IMG/VR virus record: IMGVR_UViG_3300040735_000039
DNA: 64,000 bases
DNA from: an uncultured virus (IMG/VR IMGVR_UViG_3300040735_000039)
Lineage: Duplodnaviria > Heunggongvirae > Uroviricota > Caudoviricetes
Reading direction: 5' to 3' (one strand)
Every line of letters begins with the position of its first letter. Position 1 is the first letter of the stretch. Positions 9,331-18,845 of the stretch are shown piece by piece. The position numbers were made by a program, and so were the translations under genes. The notes under the pieces are model-generated. The model saw nothing but the letters and a program-made list of their open reading frames with translations. It was not told the DNA's origin and did no database searches.

Positions 9331-9528
9331 GCATAAACAGGGCTTCCGTGGTCAATTACTGACTTCAGAAGCCCTGTTTTACTTTATGGAATTGTCGGCG
9401 CTGCCGTTTCGGTCGGATGGCAACTTACCCCGCAAAAAAGGCGGCGAGGGAATAATTAAATTGTGTGGCAAAATTAAAAGGTGAGGCCAGCTCTCGCCCA
9501 ACCGAACAAAGTGTCAAATGCGCAATGT

Positions 9529-9564
9529 ATAAGTATTGACTTCTCAATACTTATGTGGTATTAT
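9529..9564 (+). promoter_or_regulatory. SigA-type promoter with an overlapping palindromic operator
   Basis: TTGACT(9536)-17 bp-TGnTATTAT(9559); perfect 11-bp inverted repeat ATAAGTATTGA-cttc-TCAATACTTAT covers the -35. Confidence 0.75.
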
Positions 9565-9589
9565 TGATGATGGAAGGCGGTGGATATAC

Positions 9590-9826
9590 ATGGCATTTAC
9601 TTATAAACCGTTGTGGAAGCTCCTCATTGATAAAGAAATGAGCAAAAAGAACCTTATGCAAGCAACAGGTATATCGAAATCGACAATGGATAAAATGGCC
9701 CGGTCAGAAACAGTATCGCTGGATGTTGTTGACCGTATATGTAATTACTTCGACTGTAAAATTGAAGATGTGATTGAGTACAGCAGGCCTAGAAATGAGG
9801 AAACACATGACCAAAGGATATTCTAA
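9590..9826 (+). CDS. Cro/C1-type HTH regulator (controller-like)
   Basis: MAFTYKPLWKLLIDKEMSKKNLMQATGISKSTMDKM...ICNYFDCKIEDVIE; overlaps the methyltransferase start. Confidence 0.88.
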   Translation: MAFTYKPLWKLLIDKEMSKKNLMQATGISKSTMDKMARSETVSLDVVDRICNYFDCKIEDVIEYSRPRNEETHDQRIF

Positions 9827-12170
9827 GGCGGCAGCTGGCACTTTTGCACTTAATAAGGGCGAAGCAATTCATCGGTGGTATTCGTATTTAGAGGGCTATT
9901 CTTCCTGCTTGATTGACGATGTTATCCGAGAAATCGGAGCGAAAGATATTCACGCTATTTATGACCCGTTTTGTGGCACTGGTACAACTTCGCTTGTTGC
10001 ATCAACATATGGTATTAAATCATATTACAGCGAAACCAACCCATTTATGCGAGAGGTTATCGAAGCCAAAACAAATTGCGTAAAAAGGCTACGCGATTCA
10101 GGTGTCGGCAGCTCACACCTCAAACAGTTCTTAAAAAACATCGAGAATTATAATATGAAATTGCGTCTTGAAGATGCGTCTTGGGATGGCTTTGAAAAAT
10201 ATTTTGAACCTGAAGTGTTATTCCAACTTCAAGACCTGCTCAATGAAATAAATAATATTTCTGATGATGATAGCCGCAAAATAGCCCTTGTCATCTTAGC
10301 CTCAATTACTGTACGAGCATCTAAAATGATAAGGCAGGGCGATTTGCGTTTTGCGAAGGAATCAGAAAAGAATGACAGCGATAGAGATGTAATACTTAAC
10401 TTCAGAAAAAAAATCGAAGATGCCATTGCGGATATCGATGGAGCAGATTGCGAAACTCACGCTGAGACTATATGTGTAAGTGATGATGCCAGAGACAGCA
10501 CACTTGAAAACATGATTGACTGCGTTATTACATCTCCACCATATTTGAATGGGACAAACTACATTCGAAACACCAAACTTGAATTGAAGCTATCGGGATT
10601 TGTAGTTTCTGAAAAAGACCTTCCAGCGTTTCATTCCAAAGGGATCATTGCCGGAATAAACAACGTGTCGAGGCGCACAATGGGATTTGAGGTCCCAGAT
10701 TGCGTTAAAGAATACATTTCCGAGTTGGAACCTGTTTCATATGATAAGCGAATACCCATTATGGTTGCTGGTTATTTTCATGACATGAGTCAAGTGATTT
10801 GCCGTTTGGCTCATGCGCTCAAAGATAACGGCTACTTTATTATGGATATTGGTGACTCGCAATTTGCAGGTGTTCACATACCGACGCACAAGATACTAAC
10901 TCAAATCTGTGAGGAGTATGGTTTTTGTCTCTACGATGAGGAAATTCTTAGGGAGCGTCGTTCAAAGAACGGAATGGTTCTATCACAAAGGTTACTAAAA
11001 TTTCGGTTGCATAAAGCAGCTAAGCCGAACGAGGTATTTCATGATGAGGCGGAATCATTCATTCAAAATATGCCCTACCACAAAGAACCATACTGCGGAA
11101 GAAACTGGGGACACGCATGGCATTCATTGTGTTCATATCATGGAAAATTAAAACCAGCCATTGCTCATTTTCTGGTCGAACAATTTACTAACGTTGGAGA
11201 CGTTGTTTTAGACCCTCTTTGTGGAGTCGGTACTATTCCTTTGGAGGCGTGTCTTCAAGGCCGTGTTGGTATTGGGAATGATTTGAGCGAGATGGCATTT
11301 ATTGTATCAAAAGCAAAACTTGAAAAGCCGTCGTTAGATGACGCTTTGCAGGTTGTGGCTAAGCTACAGAATTATATTGAAGCAAATGTTCAAAGTGAGA
11401 ATATTGATTCAGATATTGCAAAATATGAATTGTTTGGCTTTAACGGTAAAATATCTACTTATTTTCATGTCGACACATATCGTGAAATTTTATGTGCACG
11501 TAGGTACTTCCTGCCACGAATACAAGAAATCAGCGCTGCAGAATCGATGGTGTTTGCCTGCTTACTGCACGTATTGCATGGAAATCGCCCATATGCACTG
11601 TCTCGCAATTCTCACCCTCTTACTCCCTATGCCCCAAAAGGAGAGTTTGTATATAAAAACGTTATCGAGCATATCAAAGAGAAACTCATGTTATCGTATA
11701 AAAAGGGAGACTTTGAGCAATATATCGCCGGAAATGCAATTTGGGGCGATTATGAAACTCTTTCTCAAAAAGGGGTACTGGCAGATATCATAATATGTTC
11801 ACCTCCTTTTGCTGATTCAATACGCTTCTATATGCAAAACTGGATGAGACTCTGGCTATGTGGGTGGGAGCCGGAGGATTATAAAGATGCAGAGAATTTA
11901 TTTCTTGACCAAAAACAAAAGAAGAATTTTGATGTATATACATCATTCTTCGAAACTTGTGCTACCGTATTGAAGCCTCATGGAAAGGTAATCTTGCATC
12001 TTGGAAAAACCGATAAAATCGATATGGCTGAGGAACTATCTAAGCGAGCAGCTCCATACTTTGAAGAAATCTATCGTGGAAGCGAGGATGTTCAAACAGT
12101 TGAGAAACATGGGATAAAGGATAAAGGAGCCACAGTTGAGCACCAATACCTTTTTTTGATGAAGAAATAA
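9807..12170 (+). CDS. Tandem two-domain amino-DNA methyltransferase (probably N4-cytosine)
   Basis: Two motif I/IV sets: YDPFCGTGTT...ITSPPY and LDPLCGVGT...ICSPPF. Confidence 0.85.
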   Translation: MTKGYSKAAAGTFALNKGEAIHRWYSYLEGYSSCLIDDVIREIGAKDIHAIYDPFCGTGTTSLVASTYGIKSYYSETNPFMREVIEAKTNCVKRLRDSGVGSSHLKQFLKNIENYNMKLRLEDASWDGFEKYFEPEVLFQLQDLLNEINNISDDDSRKIALVILASITVRASKMIRQGDLRFAKESEKNDSDRDVILNFRKKIEDAIADIDGADCETHAETICVSDDARDSTLENMIDCVITSPPYLNGTNYIRNTKLELKLSGFVVSEKDLPAFHSKGIIAGINNVSRRTMGFEVPDCVKEYISELEPVSYDKRIPIMVAGYFHDMSQVICRLAHALKDNGYFIMDIGDSQFAGVHIPTHKILTQICEEYGFCLYDEEILRERRSKNGMVLSQRLLKFRLHKAAKPNEVFHDEAESFIQNMPYHKEPYCGRNWGHAWHSLCSYHGKLKPAIAHFLVEQFTNVGDVVLDPLCGVGTIPLEACLQGRVGIGNDLSEMAFIVSKAKLEKPSLDDALQVVAKLQNYIEANVQSENIDSDIAKYELFGFNGKISTYFHVDTYREILCARRYFLPRIQEISAAESMVFACLLHVLHGNRPYALSRNSHPLTPYAPKGEFVYKNVIEHIKEKLMLSYKKGDFEQYIAGNAIWGDYETLSQKGVLADIIICSPPFADSIRFYMQNWMRLWLCGWEPEDYKDAENLFLDQKQKKNFDVYTSFFETCATVLKPHGKVILHLGKTDKIDMAEELSKRAAPYFEEIYRGSEDVQTVEKHGIKDKGATVEHQYLFLMKK

Positions 12171-12210
12171 CATAAGGACAGGCTGACTAATCACAGCCTG
12201 TCCTTATGTT
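12169..12210. terminator. Hairpin between convergent genes (probable bidirectional terminator)
   Basis: Perfect 17-bp stem AACATAAGGACAGGCTG / CAGCCTGTCCTTATGTT with an 8-nt loop. Confidence 0.85.
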
Positions 12211-13697
12211 TATTCAATCGTTACCGATGTAGGGTAATGCCCAGTTTTTGTTTTATATTGCTCTGCAAGATCAACTTTTCCTGCAATAATTCGTTTCAAA
12301 GAATCATTGATTTTGTCCGATGTCCTAATTCCGTCTCTTACTTTTTGGTAATCAGCGTCCATAAGAAACTCATCATAAAACCATACAACATTCTCAATCA
12401 GCAGGTCTAACACTTCCTGATTAACAGCCTTTGTGCGAAGCTTCTCAAGGGATATACCTGTAATTTCGCTTAGCCTCTTTAGCTCGTCTGGGCTATAAAA
12501 GTCAACAGGAAAATGGTCGCTTTTCTGTGAATTATGGCTGCTACACAGACAGGTAGCTGATTCATCAAGCCTGTACAAATAGGCAAGTGGCATTGTGTGG
12601 TCTAATGCCATTTCGCCGAGCTCTATCTGTTTTGATGTCGGGCCGCATTTGAAGCAACGCTTATCAAACTTTTTCCATATATACTCGGAGAACTCCTTCT
12701 TTGTTCGATGTTCAAACTCGAAGTGAACGAGGTTGGTATGCAATAAATCGTTGACTAACACTTCAATTGCGCGTCGGCGCAAACCATCTTCTTTAAACTG
12801 TTGTGCGTTACGTTGTGGATTGAGCGGAGCATTTACAAAGAATTTCTTACACGCCTTGCACTCCAATTGATGGCCGTAGTAGGAGACAACTTTATTGTCT
12901 TCTATCCGTAGTCCTCTAAGATCGTCCGCACTCAATTCATCAATGTTTTGTATGGTGTACGCTCTGAAGGTTGAATGAACGCATGGCGCACGTTTCTTGC
13001 AATGAAGTGAAAAACTAAGGGTCTTCATCTCGTCATCCATATTGATTGGCAGATATCGACCACAGCGGTTACAGCTTTTTTGAACGACCCGGCGCCCTTT
13101 TGTAAGTGCCGTATCACTAACTAAGTATTCTCCGAACGGCAAAGCACTGTTCAAATAATATAGGTACGGGACGTGCATATATGTCTTTTGATAAAAACTC
13201 ACCGCACACGAAGTGTCAATAAAATCCTCTTTGCTGACGACGTCAAAATCGAATGAAATAAACTCTAATGCGTTGTAGGCAATACCGATTATTTCCATTG
13301 TTACGGTGACATCATAAATTCGAGAGTCTCTATTTATTGTTTGCTCTACATGAAAACCAACGTTACTCCAGCAGCCTTCTTCCATAACCTTCTTCTCAGA
13401 GGGCTGATGTTTATATTGCCGGCCTTCATATTGATATGACATGGTAAACTTTACTTCGGCTTTGCTCTGGGAATGAATGTATCCGCCGAAAGCAATAAGT
13501 GAGATTCCCTTCTCGAAAAGTTCAACAAGCTCTAACTCGTCGCGATGGAAAATAATGCTTTCTGTTCTACTGCTACTGATATGTTTTTCAGAATATACAA
13601 TACGGCATTCACCGCCGGTAGTATCTTCGCAAGTGTGATAACCGCTCTCACGCGTGGTTTCACGCCTACGGTATGTTCTCAAATCCTTTTGCGCCAT
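12210..13697 (-). CDS. Zn-binding HNH-type nuclease, putative restriction endonuclease
   Basis: CNRC, CKAC and CFKC pairs; ALDHTMPL...CLCSSHNSQKSD HNH-like motif; convergent with the methyltransferase. Confidence 0.65.
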   Translation of the reverse strand: MAQKDLRTYRRRETTRESGYHTCEDTTGGECRIVYSEKHISSSRTESIIFHRDELELVELFEKGISLIAFGGYIHSQSKAEVKFTMSYQYEGRQYKHQPSEKKVMEEGCWSNVGFHVEQTINRDSRIYDVTVTMEIIGIAYNALEFISFDFDVVSKEDFIDTSCAVSFYQKTYMHVPYLYYLNSALPFGEYLVSDTALTKGRRVVQKSCNRCGRYLPINMDDEMKTLSFSLHCKKRAPCVHSTFRAYTIQNIDELSADDLRGLRIEDNKVVSYYGHQLECKACKKFFVNAPLNPQRNAQQFKEDGLRRRAIEVLVNDLLHTNLVHFEFEHRTKKEFSEYIWKKFDKRCFKCGPTSKQIELGEMALDHTMPLAYLYRLDESATCLCSSHNSQKSDHFPVDFYSPDELKRLSEITGISLEKLRTKAVNQEVLDLLIENVVWFYDEFLMDADYQKVRDGIRTSDKINDSLKRIIAGKVDLAEQYKTKTGHYPTSVTIE

Positions 13698-13751
13698 AAT
13701 ATCCCTCCTCATGTAAAAAACAATTTATTCGGCTAAAGTAGGCAACCTTTG

Positions 13752-14411
13752 TTAAACACCAAGCCGATGCCTAATATCGTTTAACCACTCACCTTTATAC
13801 TTAAAATACTTTGGACCCGCTATGGCATACTTTTTTCCTGACAATAGTTTTGCCAATGCGGTAAGTGACATGGTTTCCCCGTTGTACTCGACATTTCGGT
13901 CGTCAACAACTATCGCTATGATTTCAGGATTACTACAATACTCAATTTTCTCACCAACTGGAATATTGCACTTGGCGAAAGAGAAATTAGTAGCACGTTC
14001 GGTGCTTTCTGTATCTATCTCTTTTGCTATTTCCTCAGCTTGCATTTCGTCCGTGCTGGGCTCCGCCAGCATTAACTTATCTGCGCAACCATGTATTTCA
14101 GCAATGGCTTCCAGAATGGAATATGCATCTTCTGGAGTCATCGCATAAAACTCTCGTATACGTTGCTTGCCGTTAAAACTTTCGACAGATCGAAGGTTGG
14201 GATTCAGCTTATCAATTATTGCGTGTATCTTTAAGTCGGACAATCGAGAACTCACCTCGTATGTAGCATAAACACGAAAAGCAAATGGAATACACTCACT
14301 ACGGTTGAGTTGATTTAACCGTTTATTTATATCATCCGCATATCCAATCTTTACATACTCTGGAAAACTCGGATTTGTTAGTATGTATATTACGCCATTT
14401 TTCTCTGTCAT
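13752..14411 (-). CDS. GIY-YIG (T5orf172-like) nuclease with a C-terminal RAMA/DUF4357-like domain
   Basis: GVIYILTNPSFPEYVKIGYA...RLNQL...REFY; C-terminal VEYNGETMSLTALAK. Confidence 0.8.
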   Translation of the reverse strand: MTEKNGVIYILTNPSFPEYVKIGYADDINKRLNQLNRSECIPFAFRVYATYEVSSRLSDLKIHAIIDKLNPNLRSVESFNGKQRIREFYAMTPEDAYSILEAIAEIHGCADKLMLAEPSTDEMQAEEIAKEIDTESTERATNFSFAKCNIPVGEKIEYCSNPEIIAIVVDDRNVEYNGETMSLTALAKLLSGKKYAIAGPKYFKYKGEWLNDIRHRLGV

Positions 14412-14488
14412 ACTTACCTCCACAATTTTCATAAGAGAGATACAGCCTGCCGATGTGTGTTCGGCAGGTTTTTTCTCTGGCTATTGCT

Positions 14489-15262
14489 TTACTCTGTAAT
14501 CGTACCTTCTTTGATGTGGTACGCAGTACCGCGCTCGTTGCAAAATGCAATCACGGCTTGTGCTTGTTCATTATAGAACGCCTTGTGATTACGAAAGGCA
14601 GTGACCTCTTTGCTGTAGTTTGTGCGACCGAAGATAATCTTGTCGGCAAACGATACCGCTTCGAGTAATGTAGCAATGTCCTGTTCTACAAGATTTGGTG
14701 TTGGGTATGGCTCCATGCTAATCCACGTGCTGCAACCTGCTTCGTGAAGCACTCTCAATGCAGCAAGCCGATCGGCGTATGCGGCAGCACCCGGCTCCAT
14801 GCGTGATCGGTAGTTCTCGTCGAGCGAAACAAGCGTAATGCCATATTCATTCTCGTGTGAAAGCTCCGCCAACTCTGCTGGAAGGATACCTTTCGTGAGG
14901 ATGCTGCACTTGATCCCGGCAGCGTTGAGCTTCCGAATGGCAGCAATACTCATATCGGCTATTTCGGGGTAGCCGCGCATAAACGGGTCTGTAGAGAAGC
15001 ACAATTGAACCGATTTGATCTTATCCTTGAGCTTTGGTATTTCTTTATCCAGTAGTTCGAGTGTGTTTGAAACGAGATATGGTTCTAACCATTCTTCATA
15101 GGACTTCACTTGACCGAATCGTTTTTTCATCATAAAAGCGTAGCAGGGGTATTTACATCCATGAGCACAGCCTTGAATGTGGTTCATCGTATAATCACCG
15201 TACTCTACGCCGGTCTTGTAGAGCATAGTTTTTCTTTCTATGTAACCCTTAACCTTCTTCAT
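14489..15262 (-). CDS. Radical SAM protein (spore photoproduct lyase-like)
   Basis: GCAHGCKYPCYA cluster motif, STDPF, ILTKG, SMEPY. Confidence 0.85.
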   Translation of the reverse strand: MKKVKGYIERKTMLYKTGVEYGDYTMNHIQGCAHGCKYPCYAFMMKKRFGQVKSYEEWLEPYLVSNTLELLDKEIPKLKDKIKSVQLCFSTDPFMRGYPEIADMSIAAIRKLNAAGIKCSILTKGILPAELAELSHENEYGITLVSLDENYRSRMEPGAAAYADRLAALRVLHEAGCSTWISMEPYPTPNLVEQDIATLLEAVSFADKIIFGRTNYSKEVTAFRNHKAFYNEQAQAVIAFCNERGTAYHIKEGTITE

Positions 15263-16371
15263 TTTGCACCCCTACGAGCAAAGCTTATTTTGCCTCGCGA
15301 CACCGAAGCATTATAGTTTAGCTTGAGCTCGTTCTTAATTTCGTTTCTGAACCCATCCGATGGGAATATCGGGTGCTCATCAAGAACCGCCCATAAATCA
15401 TCAAGAGGAACATCAGTCTGTCCATCAAAGAGATTCTGCAGATACTCCACAATATCTTTAACATAATAGCAGAACTCATCTGTCGGAGTACATACAAAGC
15501 CTCTCCCCTCGAAGTCGAGCATGAGCTGGTTTTCACTGCCATGGGTATTTTTAGCTGATGACTTGCCTCCAAAAGTCTGCCAAGCCGATTGCTTATATAG
15601 CTTAAATCCTTTGATGTTGCTTGTGCAATGGAGCAAGTTATACACGATAGCATTTTTCTCATTGAAAAACGGAAAAGCCGCAATATAGTACTTGCGTGAA
15701 GAATTGCGGCGTAGCAGCTTTATTATCGTTTCGATACGCTTTTCGTATGCGACCTTATCGCTACCATACGGGATTAGATTTTCCAATTCCGTAAGATATG
15801 TACGCTCATACTTGCTTCTGGCCTCATCTTTTTTAACCATTTTAACGGCTCTCATGGAATCCGAAACCATGTGATTTAGAATAACCTCGCTCCAATTGTT
15901 GATAAATGGCATGATTGCATTCCAGTCAATAGTGGCTTCAAACGGGTCGTAAACGAGAAGGTAGTGCCTGCTGCTTGACATCGTTTGTCCTAAACGCTTA
16001 GCCAGTTCATTCCCGTCCTCGGTCGTAATATGAAAATGAAAGTTTCGGCTTTCATTCGGCATCAAACCCTTTAAATGCTCAGTTCTTGCATCACACAGGT
16101 CGCTAAAATACAGGTCAATTTGCTTGTTAGGATACTGCCCTGCAACATTTCGGAGGTACTTTGCCACACGAACAGGGGTTCCGAACACCGGTTTACCACC
16201 ATCATCAACGTATTCTCCGCTGTTCGACATACAATCAATAAAAACAAGCCCTGAGCAGTATTGATTTTGAAGCAATTTATGTGCCCATGCCTCAACATAT
16301 TTTTCGATTAATTCGAATTTCTTAATCGTATGTGGATTTGCATGACCGATTATATCTTCACCGCTATTCAC
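15259..16371 (-). CDS. tcmP: Three-Cys-motif partner protein (TcmP-like, methyltransferase fold)
   Basis: HTIKKFELIEKYVEAW, FIDCMSNSGEY...GTP, LLVYDPF; coupled to the radical SAM gene; GTG start after AAGGAGG. Confidence 0.8.
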   Translation of the reverse strand: MNSGEDIIGHANPHTIKKFELIEKYVEAWAHKLLQNQYCSGLVFIDCMSNSGEYVDDGGKPVFGTPVRVAKYLRNVAGQYPNKQIDLYFSDLCDARTEHLKGLMPNESRNFHFHITTEDGNELAKRLGQTMSSSRHYLLVYDPFEATIDWNAIMPFINNWSEVILNHMVSDSMRAVKMVKKDEARSKYERTYLTELENLIPYGSDKVAYEKRIETIIKLLRRNSSRKYYIAAFPFFNEKNAIVYNLLHCTSNIKGFKLYKQSAWQTFGGKSSAKNTHGSENQLMLDFEGRGFVCTPTDEFCYYVKDIVEYLQNLFDGQTDVPLDDLWAVLDEHPIFPSDGFRNEIKNELKLNYNASVSRGKISFARRGAK

Positions 16372-16585
16372 TACTATCTTCCTCCTTTGGTACAAGGTCC
16401 ATTATGTCGCCAATATTGCAATCCAGCGCTTTGCAAATTTTCATAAGCACTTCCATGCTTACAGTTTCCCCCTTGGAGAGCTTAGTAACAGAGGTCCAAC
16501 TGATGCCTGCGGCAACCTGCAGGTCCTTTTTCTTCATATCTTTATCTATCAGTACTTTCCATAACTTTTTGTAACTGACGTCCAT
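16364..16585 (-). CDS. Cro/C1-type HTH regulator
   Basis: MDVSYKKLWKVLIDKDMKKKDLQVAAGISWTSVTKL...ICKALDCNIGDIMD. Confidence 0.9.
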   Translation of the reverse strand: MDVSYKKLWKVLIDKDMKKKDLQVAAGISWTSVTKLSKGETVSMEVLMKICKALDCNIGDIMDLVPKEEDSSE

Positions 16586-16637
16586 AGTGAGCTCCTTTCG
16601 CATTCATTCAAAGCCCGTGCAAAGTCGAGATGTGTAT

Positions 16638-16736
16638 ATTATAGCACAGAACTGTGTAAGTTACAATAGTTTATCTCCGAAAACGCTGGAATTTGCACCG
16701 ACATATATTGAAATTTCTCCGAATATGTGCTATAAT
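16638..16736. promoter_or_regulatory. Divergent SigA-type promoters
   Basis: Minus: TTGTAA-17-TGcTATAAT (16666-16638); plus: TTGAAA-17-TGcTATAAT (16708-16736); two TCTCCGAA boxes at 16674 and 16716. Confidence 0.75.
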
Positions 16737-16774
16737 AAAACACAAGTCACCTAAGGAGAAAAGGAGGGCTCATT

Positions 16775-18712
16775 TTGGCAAAATGTTATAGTTCATTCGC
16801 CGAATATATCGGTGATGTTTATTACGACGAATTGTTTCGCAGGCTGAGAGGATACATTTTTCAAAATAAAGACAGGCTGAATCTGCATTCATTTGCCATT
16901 GCAGACCCCTCTTATACCAATTTGGACGATTTTCATGTGATGAGTATTACCTTCCATGAATCCGATAACGACATCGTTACATTTCAAGTCACAGTTCAGG
17001 CGGACATCGAGATTTCTGGTCGAACTCGTCGAGACTACGACAGCGACATGATTGATAGATGGTTTTCAGTTTCTTGCTTTGCGACGCTCCGTGATGGACT
17101 TCACGGTTTCCAAATCATCAACATATCTGAATACTCAAGCGAAAAATTCAAAGCTGAAGACTCCCTCACAAAATATCTGGTTCCTTACGTTTATGCCAAA
17201 GACCTCGATAAGCACGCAGAAAAATTCCTTAAAAAATACTGTCCTCAAGCATTAGCAGAGCCAATGCCACTGCCAATCAACGAGATAATCTCAAAAATGG
17301 GCTTGAAGGTATTCTATGCACCGCTTCCTGACGGTATTTTCGGACAAACATATTTCAATACAGAGACGGTCGATACATACGCAAGTACCGAGAAACGAGA
17401 AGTCCAAGCGACAGAGATTCATGCTGGAACTATTCTGGTTAATCCGGATGTTGTATTTATGCGCAATATTGGATCTCGAAATAATACCATCATTCACGAG
17501 TGTGTTCATTGGGACAAGCATTATAAGTTTTTTGAACTACAAAAGCTACTTCATCCTGAGTATCAGGCAATCTCTTGTGCGGTCGTTGAAGACTACCAAA
17601 AGAATCCTAACCAGCTCGAAGATGAACTATCTTGGATGGAATGGCAGGCAAATGCCATCGCGCCAAGAATACTGATTCCGGAGAAAACTGGAAAGGCAAA
17701 GCTCAGCGCCATACTAAATAAACTCCGTAAAGGTTTTGGCAAAGGGCTCCGTGAAGGGTTTATCATGGAACTTGCTATTAGTGAGTTCGCTGATTTCTTC
17801 CAAGTATCTACTACTGCGGCAAAGATCCGCGCATTTGAGCTTGGCTTTGATCAGGCTGCTGGTGTATTTAACTTTGTTGATGGCGTTAATTACCCTCCAT
17901 TTTCGTTTAAGAAAGGTTCCCTTAAACGCGGTCAAACTTTCATTATCGATAGAAACAACGCAATCGTTGAGAGTTTCTTTAATGTCGACCTAATTGAGGA
18001 CATCCGCGCTGGACGTTTTATTCACGCGGGTGGATTGGTCATTATTAACGACTCGAAATATGTTCATAAAGATGAAGGAACCGAAGCTACTCTGACCGAT
18101 TATGCGCTGGAACATGTCGATGAGTGCTGTTTAGTCTTTGACCGTAATACCAGAGTAAGCACCCGTTTTGATGATTCCTTTTATCGCATTTGTTTTCTCA
18201 GCAGAGATGCGGACTCAAAAAGTTTCGTTGAAGCAAAGTTCAACCCGAAAGAAGGCAAAAATGAGGATGTTGTAAAGCGTGCCCGCGAGATGACTGCAAT
18301 TTCCGAAGAAGCTAAGCGTGTCTCGGACATCCTTTCCGAAATTCCTTCCTCGTTCAACGGCACTCTCGATTATCATATAAATCGTAGGGGCTATACGAAT
18401 GAAAAAATGGAGGAGCGGACTGGAATCAGCGCCAGAATGATTCAGGACTATAGAAAGAAAAAAGATACAAAGCCGTCTTTGCAGAGCGTACTTGCTCTTT
18501 GTATTGGTCTTAATCTCCACCCTGATTTCAGCTATGACCTCATCGGTAAAGCTGGTTATAATATTTTTACCGGACGTGAGGAGTATATCATTTATCGGTA
18601 CCTCATCAACAACCACCACATGGAAAGCATCTTCATGTGGAATGAGAAGCTACGTGATGCCGGAATTCCACAGCAATTACCCAGCAAAGGAAATAAAAAT
18701 ACGGCAAGCTAA
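16775..18712 (+). CDS. ImmA/IrrE-like metallopeptidase fused to a C-terminal XRE HTH (putative immunity regulator)
   Basis: IIHECVHW (HExxH), EWQANAIAPRILIP; C-terminal NEKMEERTGISARMIQDYR...SVLALCIGLNL. Confidence 0.75.
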   Translation: MAKCYSSFAEYIGDVYYDELFRRLRGYIFQNKDRLNLHSFAIADPSYTNLDDFHVMSITFHESDNDIVTFQVTVQADIEISGRTRRDYDSDMIDRWFSVSCFATLRDGLHGFQIINISEYSSEKFKAEDSLTKYLVPYVYAKDLDKHAEKFLKKYCPQALAEPMPLPINEIISKMGLKVFYAPLPDGIFGQTYFNTETVDTYASTEKREVQATEIHAGTILVNPDVVFMRNIGSRNNTIIHECVHWDKHYKFFELQKLLHPEYQAISCAVVEDYQKNPNQLEDELSWMEWQANAIAPRILIPEKTGKAKLSAILNKLRKGFGKGLREGFIMELAISEFADFFQVSTTAAKIRAFELGFDQAAGVFNFVDGVNYPPFSFKKGSLKRGQTFIIDRNNAIVESFFNVDLIEDIRAGRFIHAGGLVIINDSKYVHKDEGTEATLTDYALEHVDECCLVFDRNTRVSTRFDDSFYRICFLSRDADSKSFVEAKFNPKEGKNEDVVKRAREMTAISEEAKRVSDILSEIPSSFNGTLDYHINRRGYTNEKMEERTGISARMIQDYRKKKDTKPSLQSVLALCIGLNLHPDFSYDLIGKAGYNIFTGREEYIIYRYLINNHHMESIFMWNEKLRDAGIPQQLPSKGNKNTAS

Positions 18713-18719
18713 AAATAAT

Positions 18720-18845
18720 CCGGAAGTGCCACTTCCGGTAGAACAACCTTATATATCAAGGCTCTCGTGTCATCACGACATGAGAGCCTTATTTTTTTGT
18801 CCATTTTCAGGCTTTTTAGGGTTTTCGACCGGAAGTCCGACTTCC
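18720..18845. promoter_or_regulatory. Two palindromic operator-like sites
   Basis: CCGGAAGT-gcc-ACTTCCGG (18720-18738) and CCGGAAGT-ccg-ACTTCC (18829-18845). Confidence 0.7.

Noticed and set aside
9265..9360. Phage-supplied replacement N-terminus for hsdM
   Set aside because: The upstream frame hits TGA near 9352 with no ATG and runs through a terminator-like hairpin
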